Shown in pieces: positions 1-8,680 of a stretch of DNA of 64,000 nt; position 1 is the first letter of the stretch; the number at the start of each line of letters is the position of its first letter. The DNA comes from Candidatus Methanosuratincola verstraetei (lineage in GTDB: Archaea; Thermoproteota; Methanomethylicia; Methanomethylicales; Methanomethylicaceae): NCBI GenBank assembly GCA_049570475.1, contig CP186953.1, positions 1,376,001 through 1,440,000 on the forward strand, written 5' to 3'. The notes under the pieces were generated by a model. It saw only the letters and a program-made list of their open reading frames with translations. It had not been told where the DNA came from and searched no databases. A program made the position numbers and the translations under genes.

Positions 1-95
1 TGAGGGAATACGGATGTGACTATCCCCAGCTCAGGCGTCCTGAGCTTGCTTATCTCCTTCCTTGCCACGTCTTTCATAGCCTTGACTATGCTCAT
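1..95 (-). CDS. Baseplate spike / baseplate assembly protein V (gpV/Gp5 OB-fold like), N-terminus only, truncated by window edge
   Basis: Manual translation MSIVKAMKDVARKEISKLRTPELGIVTSVFP; ATGA overlap with the hub gene stop; GIVTSV motif and position after the hub gene are typical of spike genes. Confidence 0.65.
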   Translation of the reverse strand, partial: MSIVKAMKDVARKEISKLRTPELGIVTSVFP

Positions 96-1054
96 TCCAA
101 CTTCCTCCTGCAGGTAAAAGTGCTGGTGAAGCCCCTTGAAACGCTGAGGCTGTGCTCAACCCTCGTGACCTCATGCGAACCCTCGATCTCACGGTCGTCA
201 AAGCCCTCGAGTGTTATGGTGTCCCCAACCCTTATGCCCGGCTTCCCCTCCGACTTCAAGTTAAGCATCAAAGTGTATTTCGATGCCTCGAGCAGAGCCT
301 CTCCTGCCTTTTCTGCACTTTCGCTGCTCTTGAGCGACGCCTCTGCCATAGCCAGCGCCCTCTCACCGCCCTTCGTGAACTTGACCTCCTCTTTTGCAGC
401 CCAGTGGTAGGTATCTGCCCCCTTAGAGCCGACAGGGCTCTCCCCGAAGACCGCCACACCGTCGTATGGAGGCCCCTTCCTGATTGCCCAGACCTCCAGG
501 AGATCCTTCCCGTACGAGAGCCTGTGCTCCTTTCCCCCTCCAGCCCTCCTGAATATGAGCTTCCCGTCCTTGTCAAAAAAGGCGTCCGCGCCGCAAATCT
601 TGCCCAGCCTGACAATGTGCTCGAGCAGGTTCGAGCGATCATCGATGGCGTAGTACGGGTAATTGATCCCATTCTCGAACTCCTCCACGTCAACGCCCGC
701 CTCTTGCGCGAGGGCAACCACGATCTCTCCTGAGGTGCGGCTCATGAAAACCATGTTTGACCTCTTCCTGAGCAGCTTCGAACCGATCCCGTCGATCGAG
801 ATCAACACAGAATTGAGCCTCACCTCTGCCCTTGCAAGATTCCCGACCATGATCTTCTCCAACGACCCGTCATAACCGAGCTTGAGCTCCGCCTCTTCCA
901 AGGGCTTGAATCTGTACGATGATTCCTTGCTTATGACCGCAGTTATCCCGTCCACGGGGAGCCCCATCCCGCAGGTTGACATGATGAAGCTTACGCCGTC
1001 ACCCGTGCTGAACACCTTGTCCCCTATCCTCAACTCGAATTCAGGGTGCTTCAT
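92..1054 (-). CDS. Contractile tail baseplate hub (P2 gpD / Mu gp44-like late control D family)
   Basis: 320 aa; 'TSGEIVVALAQEAG', 'DAFFDKDGKLIFR', C-terminal 'GKPGIRVGDTITLEG...VTRVEHSLS..GFTS' pattern; tail operon context. Confidence 0.8.
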   Translation of the reverse strand: MKHPEFELRIGDKVFSTGDGVSFIMSTCGMGLPVDGITAVISKESSYRFKPLEEAELKLGYDGSLEKIMVGNLARAEVRLNSVLISIDGIGSKLLRKRSNMVFMSRTSGEIVVALAQEAGVDVEEFENGINYPYYAIDDRSNLLEHIVRLGKICGADAFFDKDGKLIFRRAGGGKEHRLSYGKDLLEVWAIRKGPPYDGVAVFGESPVGSKGADTYHWAAKEEVKFTKGGERALAMAEASLKSSESAEKAGEALLEASKYTLMLNLKSEGKPGIRVGDTITLEGFDDREIEGSHEVTRVEHSLSVSRGFTSTFTCRRKLE

Positions 1055-1080
1055 CGAACTCCCGCCATATGTTGATCATC

Positions 1081-2088
1081 CTACTTGCCCTTCTCAGAGG
1101 CTTTTTTCGGTCCCTCTCTAGGGGCGTCCTGGGAAACTGGATCGAAGAGCCCGCCCTTGATCCCGCCATCCTCGGCAGCTGCGGCATCGCCTTCCTTGCC
1201 CTCAGCGTACTTCTCTTCACTCTTCGCTGGTCTGGACTTCTCTGCTCCTTTTTCCTCATCCAGCCCTCCTCCCTCCGAGGCGCCTCCCTCATCCTTGGTC
1301 TCGCCCGATTCCTTTTCCTTCCCCCGTCCCTTTTCCTCCTCTTTTTCTCCTGGCCCTTTGCCCCCCTCCCCTTTCATCGCTCCCTCCTTGTCCTGATCAG
1401 CCTTCCTGCCGCCCTCTTTCTCGCTCTTTATTCCTGCTTCCCCCTCACCCTTCGGCGTCCCTTCGGCGGCCCCCTTATCCAGCTCTCCTTTCCCTTCCGG
1501 AGCCCCTTCCTTTTCCTTGGGCTTCTCCGCTTTTCCCTCCTCCTTTCCCTCCCCCTTCTCCTCCCCTTTGCCCTCTTCCTTGCCGCCTTCTTTCTCCTTC
1601 GTGATCTCCTTCGTCTTCTCCTCTACTTCCTTTTCCGCTTCCCCCTTCTGGCTCGGTGCACCTTTCTCACCTGCACCTTCCTCTGGGGGCGGCTTCGCCT
1701 CCCTTAGAAGCATCGTATAGCTGATCTCCAATGGAATCCCGTCGTGGACCCCCACCGAGAACCCCTCGAATATGACCGTTGTGATGTCCTCGATGGCCCA
1801 GATGTCAGAGGAGAACGGGATTAGATCGCCTGAGTTGAACTTGGTCCTGATCGTCTTCAGCGTATCAAAGGCTGCCTTGCCAATCAGCCTCCCCTCTAGC
1901 CTCACACGCCGGGGATCCCTCCCCATGTCTTGGAAGATGTTCGATTGAGATCCAGGCACTGGGAGCTCGACCACCTTTCTCCTTGCCGAGACCTGGACCT
2001 CGTGGACGCTCCTTATCTCGACGGTGGCGCCCTCCTCGTCAACGCGCTTTATCAGGTCAATGTCGTCAAGCTTGATATACATGCTCAT
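1081..2088 (-). CDS. Tube initiator-like protein (Mu DNA-circularisation N-terminal / P2 gpU-like domain) with long E/K/G-rich disordered C-terminus
   Basis: N-terminal ~135 aa with 'VVELPVPG..NIFQDMGR..RRVRLEG'; remaining ~200 aa low complexity; lies between tape measure and hub. Confidence 0.65.
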   Translation of the reverse strand: MSMYIKLDDIDLIKRVDEEGATVEIRSVHEVQVSARRKVVELPVPGSQSNIFQDMGRDPRRVRLEGRLIGKAAFDTLKTIRTKFNSGDLIPFSSDIWAIEDITTVIFEGFSVGVHDGIPLEISYTMLLREAKPPPEEGAGEKGAPSQKGEAEKEVEEKTKEITKEKEGGKEEGKGEEKGEGKEEGKAEKPKEKEGAPEGKGELDKGAAEGTPKGEGEAGIKSEKEGGRKADQDKEGAMKGEGGKGPGEKEEEKGRGKEKESGETKDEGGASEGGGLDEEKGAEKSRPAKSEEKYAEGKEGDAAAAEDGGIKGGLFDPVSQDAPREGPKKASEKGK

Positions 2089-3818
2089 CCCTCGCCGTAG
2101 TGCCTCCGCATCTCATCCTCGATTATCCTCGAGATCTTCCTCTGCAGCTCCAAGAGGTCCTCGTCGCCCTCGACTGTGACGTTGACTCTCAATTCCCTTT
2201 GCATCGGGTATACTTGGGGCTCCTCGAGCTCCGCCGGAACCGGGAGCCTCTCCGCCGCTGCCTCGTGCCCCCCATCAATGCCTGATCTCGCCTCTTCACC
2301 ATGGGGGATGGCCAACTGCGGAGCGATTATGCTGGACCTGACCTCCTCAGCCATGGCAGCCAGGTTAAGCGCAGCAAGAGGCACCCGCTTCCATTGGCCT
2401 AGCAACCCGCTCCCAAGCAAGGGGCTAACGGAAGTCACTCCCGCGGTTGCAACCTGTCCGTCAGCAACCTGCCTGCTGGGAACCGCTTGGGCTGTAGGGG
2501 GCAGCATTCTTTTCCTGCCGGGCAGCCCGAGTGCCATTGTTGGTACCGAAAGCGCAAATAGCGCTGGGGAAACTGCCCCGAATATGGGCTTCCAGATGCC
2601 TGCCGCCTTGCGGAACTCCGTCCTCCCAATCGCGGCAGCAAGAGGCAGAAATGCCGCCCCCCCTGACCCGGTCCCATGCTGGAACTTGAACCCTTCCAAT
2701 CCGTGCCCTATTGGCGCGCCTTCCGCCTCTGGGTATCTCGCTGGTGCCATCCCGCCTGCTTCAGGCGGCACCATCCCTCTACCAATGATCTCTGTGGTTC
2801 CAGTCAGTGTCGGAGCTCGAGGAAGCTGCTTCTTGGTCAACTCAACCACTGCCGGCATCCTGATGCCCGTTCCCGTGGTCGCTGCCCCTTCCGCAATGCT
2901 TGCCATGCCCCCCCTTGATTCGCCCATCGGCAGGGGACCCGGGAGCCCGGTTCCGGGAGGTGAATGGACGCCTGCTGGCAGGGAGGGGGCTCTTGCTGGC
3001 TCCGAAGTGCCGGCTAGTGCGCCGCCGGCTGCCTTCCATTCGAGAGGCAGGGCTCGTGGTGCCCATCCGCGGAACGCGCTCCCTGCGGCGCCTGAGAGCG
3101 CAGCTTTTGCCTGTGCGCCGAGCACCGCCGCGGTTGCCATGAAGCTGGATGAAAGAGCCACACCGCTGAGACCTGGGATCTGGTGAACCTTCCTCCCAAC
3201 ACCCTTTCCGGCTTCCTTTTCGGGCATGGTTATGCCTGCGGCTCGAGCAGACTCTTCCCCGATCACTGTCCGTGCTGACGGGGCTGGCATGTAAGCGCCC
3301 CCGCTTTCCTCCTCCCCGGGCTCCGATCCCTCCCCCTCAACCGCCGTGGGAATTACGGATGTTTCACCCTGGTGTGGCGCAAAAGCGGGGGGCATGTGCT
3401 TGGAGATCGCGCCGGAGTACGCACCAGCGGCCTTTGCGACGCCCACTGCGGCTGAGAGGCTCAGGATCACTGTGAGCGGCGCCGTTCCCCGCCTCGGGGA
3501 TGGCACTCTCCCCTTTTTTGGTGCTGTTGCACCAGATCCTGCTATGGATCCGCCCTTTTGACGAGACCAAAGCAAACCGCCAGCATAGGGCGCATAGACC
3601 CTCGCAATCGTCGCACCTCCAGTGGCCGCCACCCTGACTGCCTCCTGGACCTTGGAGAACGATAAAAGGAGCGACCTGAGGCTCCTGATCGCGGCCCTCA
3701 GCGCCCTGGAGGATGCCCATGCCCCAGTCACTATGAGGTGCGCACTGAGAGCGCCACCTCCTGTGCCTGCGTGCTCTGGCATTAGTCTCCTGCCCAAAAG
3801 ATCCCAGATTGTAACCAT
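2085..3818 (-). CDS. Tape-measure-like protein (Ala/Gly/Pro-rich)
   Basis: 577 aa at the tape-measure position after the chaperone genes; C-terminal 'LRVNVTVEG...ELQRKISRIIEDE'; 4-nt overlap with the next gene. Confidence 0.5.
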   Translation of the reverse strand: MVTIWDLLGRRLMPEHAGTGGGALSAHLIVTGAWASSRALRAAIRSLRSLLLSFSKVQEAVRVAATGGATIARVYAPYAGGLLWSRQKGGSIAGSGATAPKKGRVPSPRRGTAPLTVILSLSAAVGVAKAAGAYSGAISKHMPPAFAPHQGETSVIPTAVEGEGSEPGEEESGGAYMPAPSARTVIGEESARAAGITMPEKEAGKGVGRKVHQIPGLSGVALSSSFMATAAVLGAQAKAALSGAAGSAFRGWAPRALPLEWKAAGGALAGTSEPARAPSLPAGVHSPPGTGLPGPLPMGESRGGMASIAEGAATTGTGIRMPAVVELTKKQLPRAPTLTGTTEIIGRGMVPPEAGGMAPARYPEAEGAPIGHGLEGFKFQHGTGSGGAAFLPLAAAIGRTEFRKAAGIWKPIFGAVSPALFALSVPTMALGLPGRKRMLPPTAQAVPSRQVADGQVATAGVTSVSPLLGSGLLGQWKRVPLAALNLAAMAEEVRSSIIAPQLAIPHGEEARSGIDGGHEAAAERLPVPAELEEPQVYPMQRELRVNVTVEGDEDLLELQRKISRIIEDEMRRHYGEG

Positions 3819-3849
3819 GATCTCCGATCCACTCTTTTTTATGGACCCC

Positions 3850-4080
3850 CTAGTCCTCTACCACTTCGATCCGGGTGATCCCCTCTGCAGCCAGCCTTGC
3901 AGACTCTGCAACCCTCTGCCTGTGCGCCATTGCAGCTGTCAAGAAGAGTATCTGGTCCCTGGTCAGGTCGCCTGGCCTATCAGCAAGCTTGTAACCGCAG
4001 TCTAGGCAGAGGGCAGCGAGCTCCAGCCCCTCCGGGCTCCTAACGAACTCGTCCATCATCTTTTTTTTTAGGGGCCTCAA
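3850..4080 (-). CDS. Tail assembly chaperone, second ORF (gpT-like; possibly expressed as a frameshift fusion)
   Basis: Overlaps the 3' end of the upstream chaperone across an A9 run; 'PGDLTRDQILFL' resembles gpT-like segments. Confidence 0.55.
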   Translation of the reverse strand: MRPLKKKMMDEFVRSPEGLELAALCLDCGYKLADRPGDLTRDQILFLTAAMAHRQRVAESARLAAEGITRIEVVED

Positions 4081-4423
4081 CGCCTGCCACGCCGCTCATC
4101 TCGAGGATCTTCATTCCAATGTACTCCGGAACCCCGAATTTCATCGATCCTACCTCTTCGACCGTCAGCTTGGGTTCGACCATCCCCATCGACACGACCA
4201 GCCTGAGCGCCTCGAAGTTCTTGGAGAGATCCACCTTTGAGAAGTCAGGAGTCCCGTCTTCCTTGAGGCTCACCGCGCCCACCGTGGCAAAGACCTTGGT
4301 CAATTCGCCGTCGGTCAGGGGGCGGATCACCACGTCCGCCCCGTACTCTCTGACGTGCACCGTTGCCCTGGCATTCGCCCCCTCGAGTATGGCCTGCTTC
4401 GTCAGGCGTGGGCTCTCAGCCAA
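4040..4423 (-). CDS. Tail assembly chaperone (gpG-like)
   Basis: 127 aa right after the tube gene; 'VVIRPLTDGEL', 'MVEPKLTVEEV', 'ILEMSG' are typical of tail chaperones. Confidence 0.7.
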   Translation of the reverse strand: MAESPRLTKQAILEGANARATVHVREYGADVVIRPLTDGELTKVFATVGAVSLKEDGTPDFSKVDLSKNFEALRLVVSMGMVEPKLTVEEVGSMKFGVPEYIGMKILEMSGVAGVEAPKKKDDGRVR

Positions 4424-4426
4424 CTA

Positions 4427-4825
4427 TCACTCCTCCCTGAGCCTCGTCGCCGTCCAAGTGTAGTCGGTTACCCCTACGCCATTTGCGTCCATCGCAAAGC
4501 TCTTGCCCTCGAGGTAGCAGTCGTCGAAGATCAGCTTCTTCACAGTGCTTCCCCACTTCTTCAGCTCAACGACGAGCTGGAACGAGTTCTTCTCAGTCAC
4601 GCTGCTGAGTAGCTTCTTGTCGAACGGAGGGTAGGTGGACCTGACCCGCATCGACCCGGAGATGAACATTGGGCCATAGTCGACGCCTATCCTCTCGTCG
4701 ACCCCGATGTGGTGTATGTTCTGTCGGTTCCTGACTATCTTGTACTCTATCGACATCAGCCCGGGTATCGTCTTCCCGTCAACCGTGATGCTGCTCACAT
4801 TCGCTGATATTATTGACTCTGACAC
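4427..4825 (-). CDS. Tail tube protein
   Basis: 132 aa, beta-rich, directly downstream of the sheath; GGGGTGA RBS 6 nt before GTG. Confidence 0.75.
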   Translation of the reverse strand: MSESIISANVSSITVDGKTIPGLMSIEYKIVRNRQNIHHIGVDERIGVDYGPMFISGSMRVRSTYPPFDKKLLSSVTEKNSFQLVVELKKWGSTVKKLIFDDCYLEGKSFAMDANGVGVTDYTWTATRLREE

Positions 4826-4839
4826 TGCGCTTCACCCCC

Positions 4840-6207
4840 TCATGCCTGGACCGTTATGGTCGCGTAGATGTAATCCATTGCCCTCACAGGCCTCACCGCT
4901 ATGTCGACTCGGACGACCCCCTGCGCAAAGTCCATCTGCGAGGAGTAGACGTCCACCAGGAATGCCGGCTCCTTGCCGTCTGTGCTCGGGACTATCGCGT
5001 TCTCGCGCTCCATTTGGATCATGAACTCCGTGATCTTCTCCTTCAAAGCTCCCCGGCCCTGGGCCGTGTTGAGGGTCCCTATGAAGTTCTCCGAGATGTT
5101 CTTGGTGCCCCTCACCGCGTGGTCGGCTATCCTGATGACGCTTATCTGCTCCTTGCTCGTGGTGATCGCCTTCTCCACGATTAGCCCCCTGCCGCGCCGC
5201 GCCTCGATCGCGAGTACTCCTGCCTTGAGGAGCTCCATCAACTCGGATGGCGTATACCTCCTCTCAAGCTCTGCGATCCCTGTCAGCGCCTTGAACGTCG
5301 GCGACTCGTAGTAGTTCAGCCTGCTTATCAGTCCGGCAACCGCACCGGCGACGCCATACGGGGCGACTAGCACGAACCTGTCGCTGGCTAGCGCGCTGGT
5401 CCTCTTCACGATCTCCTGGACGCTCTCGCCTGGCCCGACCGTGCCGATCCCAATGCGGTTCTTCGCGTCCTTGCTCATGTTCATGCAGTGCGCGTCGACC
5501 ATGGCGTGGACCTTCGGATCCCAGCAGTCTGCTACCAGTACTACGTCGACATCTTCCTCCATCTCAAGCATCTCAAGCGCCTTCTCGTAGGATGAAGGAT
5601 CTGGCTTCGCAGTGACGCCGCCCTCGAACTGCCCTTCGCCGGCCATGAGCGCCTTTGGTGCAGCTTTGCCCCTCTTCCCGAGGTCCTTGGCGGTCGCGAG
5701 CTTCGAGCCCCTGTTTATCACATCGACAGCATAGAGCTCGCTCGACCTGTCCATTGTTATATTGTCGAATGCCTCGAACCTCGTCCCGTCGGTAATCTGG
5801 AGCGAGAAAGAGCCCTCTATCGCGCCAGCTGAGACTGCGTACCTCAGCTTATTTCCGGATTCCCCCACATACCTTGCTTCAAGCCTCAGCGCCTCCTCCC
5901 CCTCCGCGTCCTTCAGCACTGCGGACGCATTCGTTGTCCCAGCGGCCTCTATGCGGGTCGCAAAGACCTCGAATACGCCATTCATGAAGCAAATCCTGGC
6001 CTCCTTCGTGAGGCTGAAGGAGAGGTCAGAACCGAACTTCTCCTGGTACTCCCTGTAGCTAGTGACCGGGACTGGCGTCAGGACTGGTCCCTTCTCGGCG
6101 GTCCCGATAATCCCGACTACTCCGGACGGGTGGAGCTGCTGGGGCACTATTTCCTTGACTACCTGAACCTCTACACCTGGCAGAATTCGTACCAAATTAG
6201 ACCCCAT
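4840..6207 (-). CDS. Contractile tail sheath protein
   Basis: 'ILPGVEVQ', 'GIIGTAEKGPVLTPVPVTSYREYQEKFG', C-terminal 'VDIAVRPVRAMDYIYATITV'; start is ATG 6207 or TTG 6195, not 6258. Confidence 0.92.
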   Translation of the reverse strand: MGSNLVRILPGVEVQVVKEIVPQQLHPSGVVGIIGTAEKGPVLTPVPVTSYREYQEKFGSDLSFSLTKEARICFMNGVFEVFATRIEAAGTTNASAVLKDAEGEEALRLEARYVGESGNKLRYAVSAGAIEGSFSLQITDGTRFEAFDNITMDRSSELYAVDVINRGSKLATAKDLGKRGKAAPKALMAGEGQFEGGVTAKPDPSSYEKALEMLEMEEDVDVVLVADCWDPKVHAMVDAHCMNMSKDAKNRIGIGTVGPGESVQEIVKRTSALASDRFVLVAPYGVAGAVAGLISRLNYYESPTFKALTGIAELERRYTPSELMELLKAGVLAIEARRGRGLIVEKAITTSKEQISVIRIADHAVRGTKNISENFIGTLNTAQGRGALKEKITEFMIQMERENAIVPSTDGKEPAFLVDVYSSQMDFAQGVVRVDIAVRPVRAMDYIYATITVQA

Positions 6208-6227
6208 TTTTATATTGCTGAAAATTG

Positions 6228-6240
6228 TATATAAGCGTTT
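6228..6240 (-). promoter_or_regulatory. Archaeal BRE/TATA promoter of the tail operon
   Basis: Minus strand AAACGC-TTATATA, about 20-30 nt upstream of the sheath start. Confidence 0.6.
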
Positions 6241-6465
6241 AAAAAATTTTAAAATCAAGGTTATAGTTGACTGAAAAGCCTTTCAGGATGCCGGGCATAA
6301 GCATTCTTTGGTCTCTTGTCTTTAAAGGCTTTCATCACACCCATGCGGACCTTTACCTATGGGAAAAAGGAAGAGCTGGTCCGAGAAGCTCCATGAGCCT
6401 GCGCCCTGAACGCTTATGCTTTTAAATCATGGGCTGCATCTTTTTCTATTACAGGTGTTGAATTC

Positions 6466-7335
6466 ATGCTGAACCCCTGGCTGATCCTCGGACCCTCTGG
6501 CATGATGATTGTCGGCATCTTCTACATGCTCTTCTGGAGGGAGAGGGTGAGGCGAGATTCGGGGAAAGGTGTCCCAATCAGGTTTTTCATATTCGGGGGC
6601 CTGCTTTGGGCTGCAGCCATTATCCCGAAGATCATAATGGACTACACCGTGACTCAGCCGCTCTACGTCTGGTGGGCTTCGTCATTTGGCGCATCTGGAG
6701 CCCTTCTTCTGCTCGGGGTGTACGTGGGGCTGAGGACCGGCATTTTTGAGTGCGGGGCTGCTTACCTGGGATTCAGGGCGTTTGCAAGAAAGACCAATCA
6801 GGTCAATGAAGCTGGCATAGCCAAAGCATCCTCCTGGGAGGGTGCAGCTGGGCAGAATATGGGGTACAGCGAGGCTGTGGCGGTCGGTGTTGGGTTCGGT
6901 GCATTCGAGGCTATAGTCTTGGCCCTGCCCTCGCTCGTGCAGATGGCAGCCATCTTCCTCGACCCGTCGATCCTCTCGAGCCTGCCCCCAGAACAGGTTG
7001 CCGCGATCGAATCGCAGCTGAGCCAGCCGACTTGGATGGCTGCGGCCGCAGCCTGGGAGAGGGCCTTTGCGATACTTGCCCACGTCTTCGCCACCGTGCT
7101 AGCCTATCTGTCGGTGGCTCAAAGGCGCCTGATCCTCCTCGGCGGCGCGGTCGCCTACAAGTCCGTGCTCGACGCCCCAATCCCGATCCTCCAGGAGTAC
7201 CTCGCCAGCTCCCCCTACTACATTGTGATTACCGAAGCATTTGTCGCAGTTATGGGTCTCGTAGGCCTCCTCGGGATGCTGAACATAAACCGGATAGCCC
7301 CGAGGGACACAAATGTTATTAGAAATGAGCAGTAA
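6466..7335 (+). CDS. YhfC/PrsW-like intramembrane glutamic/metallo-protease family protein
   Basis: Multi-TM; 'GIFECG', 'GVGFGAFEA', 'AWERAFAILAHV' motifs. Confidence 0.75.
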   Translation: MLNPWLILGPSGMMIVGIFYMLFWRERVRRDSGKGVPIRFFIFGGLLWAAAIIPKIIMDYTVTQPLYVWWASSFGASGALLLLGVYVGLRTGIFECGAAYLGFRAFARKTNQVNEAGIAKASSWEGAAGQNMGYSEAVAVGVGFGAFEAIVLALPSLVQMAAIFLDPSILSSLPPEQVAAIESQLSQPTWMAAAAAWERAFAILAHVFATVLAYLSVAQRRLILLGGAVAYKSVLDAPIPILQEYLASSPYYIVITEAFVAVMGLVGLLGMLNINRIAPRDTNVIRNEQ

Positions 7336-7353
7336 GGTTCGCAGGGGATCCAG

Positions 7354-7806
7354 GTGCGCGTGAAGGTCTCCCGAATCATAATCGTACTGATCGTCGCGCT
7401 GGCTGCGGTTGGAGGAGCTGCATACTGGCTCTCGCTGCCGCAGCCCGTGGACGAGGCCTCCCTCAGGATATACTCCGACCCGATGACAGAGAACGTCCTG
7501 CTCGCGATCGAAAACGGGAACTACACCGAATTCTCAAGGGACTTCGACGATGCGATGAAGAATGCCCTCAACCTGGCAAGCTTCCAGCAACTTGCCTCTC
7601 GATTCGATTCAAAGATCGGCGACTACGTCCCCGGCTCCAAGTCATTCATCAAGGGGGAGCGGGTTGGGGATTTCATAATCGCCTACTACAAGGCGAATTA
7701 CACGAACGAGCCGGCGGGCGTTACTGTGAAGGTGGTCTTCACCTCTGTGAACGGCCCGGCAAAGATCACAGGGCTGTGGTTCAGCTCCCCCAAGCTGGCA
7801 TCCTGA
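7354..7806 (+). CDS. Membrane-anchored DUF3887-like protein
   Basis: N-terminal TM; 'GNYTEFSRDFDDAMK', C-terminal 'KITGLWF'. Confidence 0.65.
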   Translation: MRVKVSRIIIVLIVALAAVGGAAYWLSLPQPVDEASLRIYSDPMTENVLLAIENGNYTEFSRDFDDAMKNALNLASFQQLASRFDSKIGDYVPGSKSFIKGERVGDFIIAYYKANYTNEPAGVTVKVVFTSVNGPAKITGLWFSSPKLAS

Positions 7807-7870
7807 TCATCGCTGCTGGCGCACGGCGCACTTATATTCCAGGAAGATGCTATTCAATTAGGTGTTTTTA

Positions 7871-8230
7871 TTGCCCGAATCTTCAAGAAAGATTGCAATA
7901 TTCGCATTCAACGGTGAGCTCCCGTGCTTTGCCCATGCCCTCCTGAATGCCATGGACATGAGGTCGAAGGGCTACGACGTTAAGCTTGTCATCGAGGGCT
8001 GCGCCACGGCGCTGCTGCCCGAGCTTGGAGATCCGAAGAAGCCCTTCTCTAACCTCTTCGCGAAAGTGAAGGAGGCTGGCCTTATTGACTGCGTCTGCAG
8101 GGCCTGTGCGGCCCAGTCCGGAGGTCTGAAGTCAGCTGAGGAGCAGCGCCTGCCCCTGTGCGACGAGATGAGCGGGCATCCGAGCATGGCAAAGTACGTG
8201 GACATGGGCTACACGATTATTGTTATCTAG
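7871..8230 (+). CDS. DsrE-like family protein
   Basis: 'AFNGELPCFAHALLNA', 'CVCRACA', 'EMSGHPSM'; TTG start after an AGGTG RBS. Confidence 0.7.
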   Translation: MPESSRKIAIFAFNGELPCFAHALLNAMDMRSKGYDVKLVIEGCATALLPELGDPKKPFSNLFAKVKEAGLIDCVCRACAAQSGGLKSAEEQRLPLCDEMSGHPSMAKYVDMGYTIIVI

Positions 8231-8289
8231 CCGCTCTACGGATTGCGGTCCCGTTCCTACCAATCCGCCATTTTTTCCTTGCCATGGAG

Positions 8290-8574
8290 CTAAGGCACGA
8301 TCTTCCCCCAAAAAGTGACGAAGTAGCTGCCCTCGCAGCTGGCTACCCACCTCCCGAATGGCACCCACATGACGTTGTAGTCGCAGATGAGCATGTACTC
8401 GGCACTGCCATCTGGCATTGTCACCAAACCCATCGTGCCATCCTTCTCGGCCTTCTCCCTGAACACCATGTCGTGCACGTCCTGGTCGTCCAGCCATGGG
8501 GACCAGGCAAGAAGCGCCAGAGCTATCAGAAGCAGCGCTGCGGCTGCAAAGGCTTTCGCCCCAATCCGGGAAAT
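8290..8574 (-). CDS. Small membrane-anchored hypothetical protein (probable ATT start)
   Basis: Frame of the 62-aa ORF stays open upstream through a hydrophobic anchor (AFAAAALLLIALALLAW) to ATT 8574, 6 nt after GGGGTGA. Confidence 0.5.
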   Translation of the reverse strand: MSRIGAKAFAAAALLLIALALLAWSPWLDDQDVHDMVFREKAEKDGTMGLVTMPDGSAEYMLICDYNVMWVPFGRWVASCEGSYFVTFWGKIVP

Positions 8575-8680
8575 GTGTTTTCACCCCTGGCGGAAACTTT
8601 TCCAGCATCAAATAGATCTGAACCCCTCTTCTTAAACATCACTAAAAGTTAATTTGCAAGCCCGGAAGAATATTCTGACT

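Noticed and set aside
1069-1707. Hydrophobic 212-aa plus-strand ORF resembling a membrane protein
   Set aside because: Antisense shadow of the purine-rich E/K/G low-complexity region.
1-6258. Intact provirus
   Set aside because: No capsid, portal, terminase, integrase or replication genes upstream of the sheath, and composition is host-like. It cannot be fully excluded beyond the left edge.
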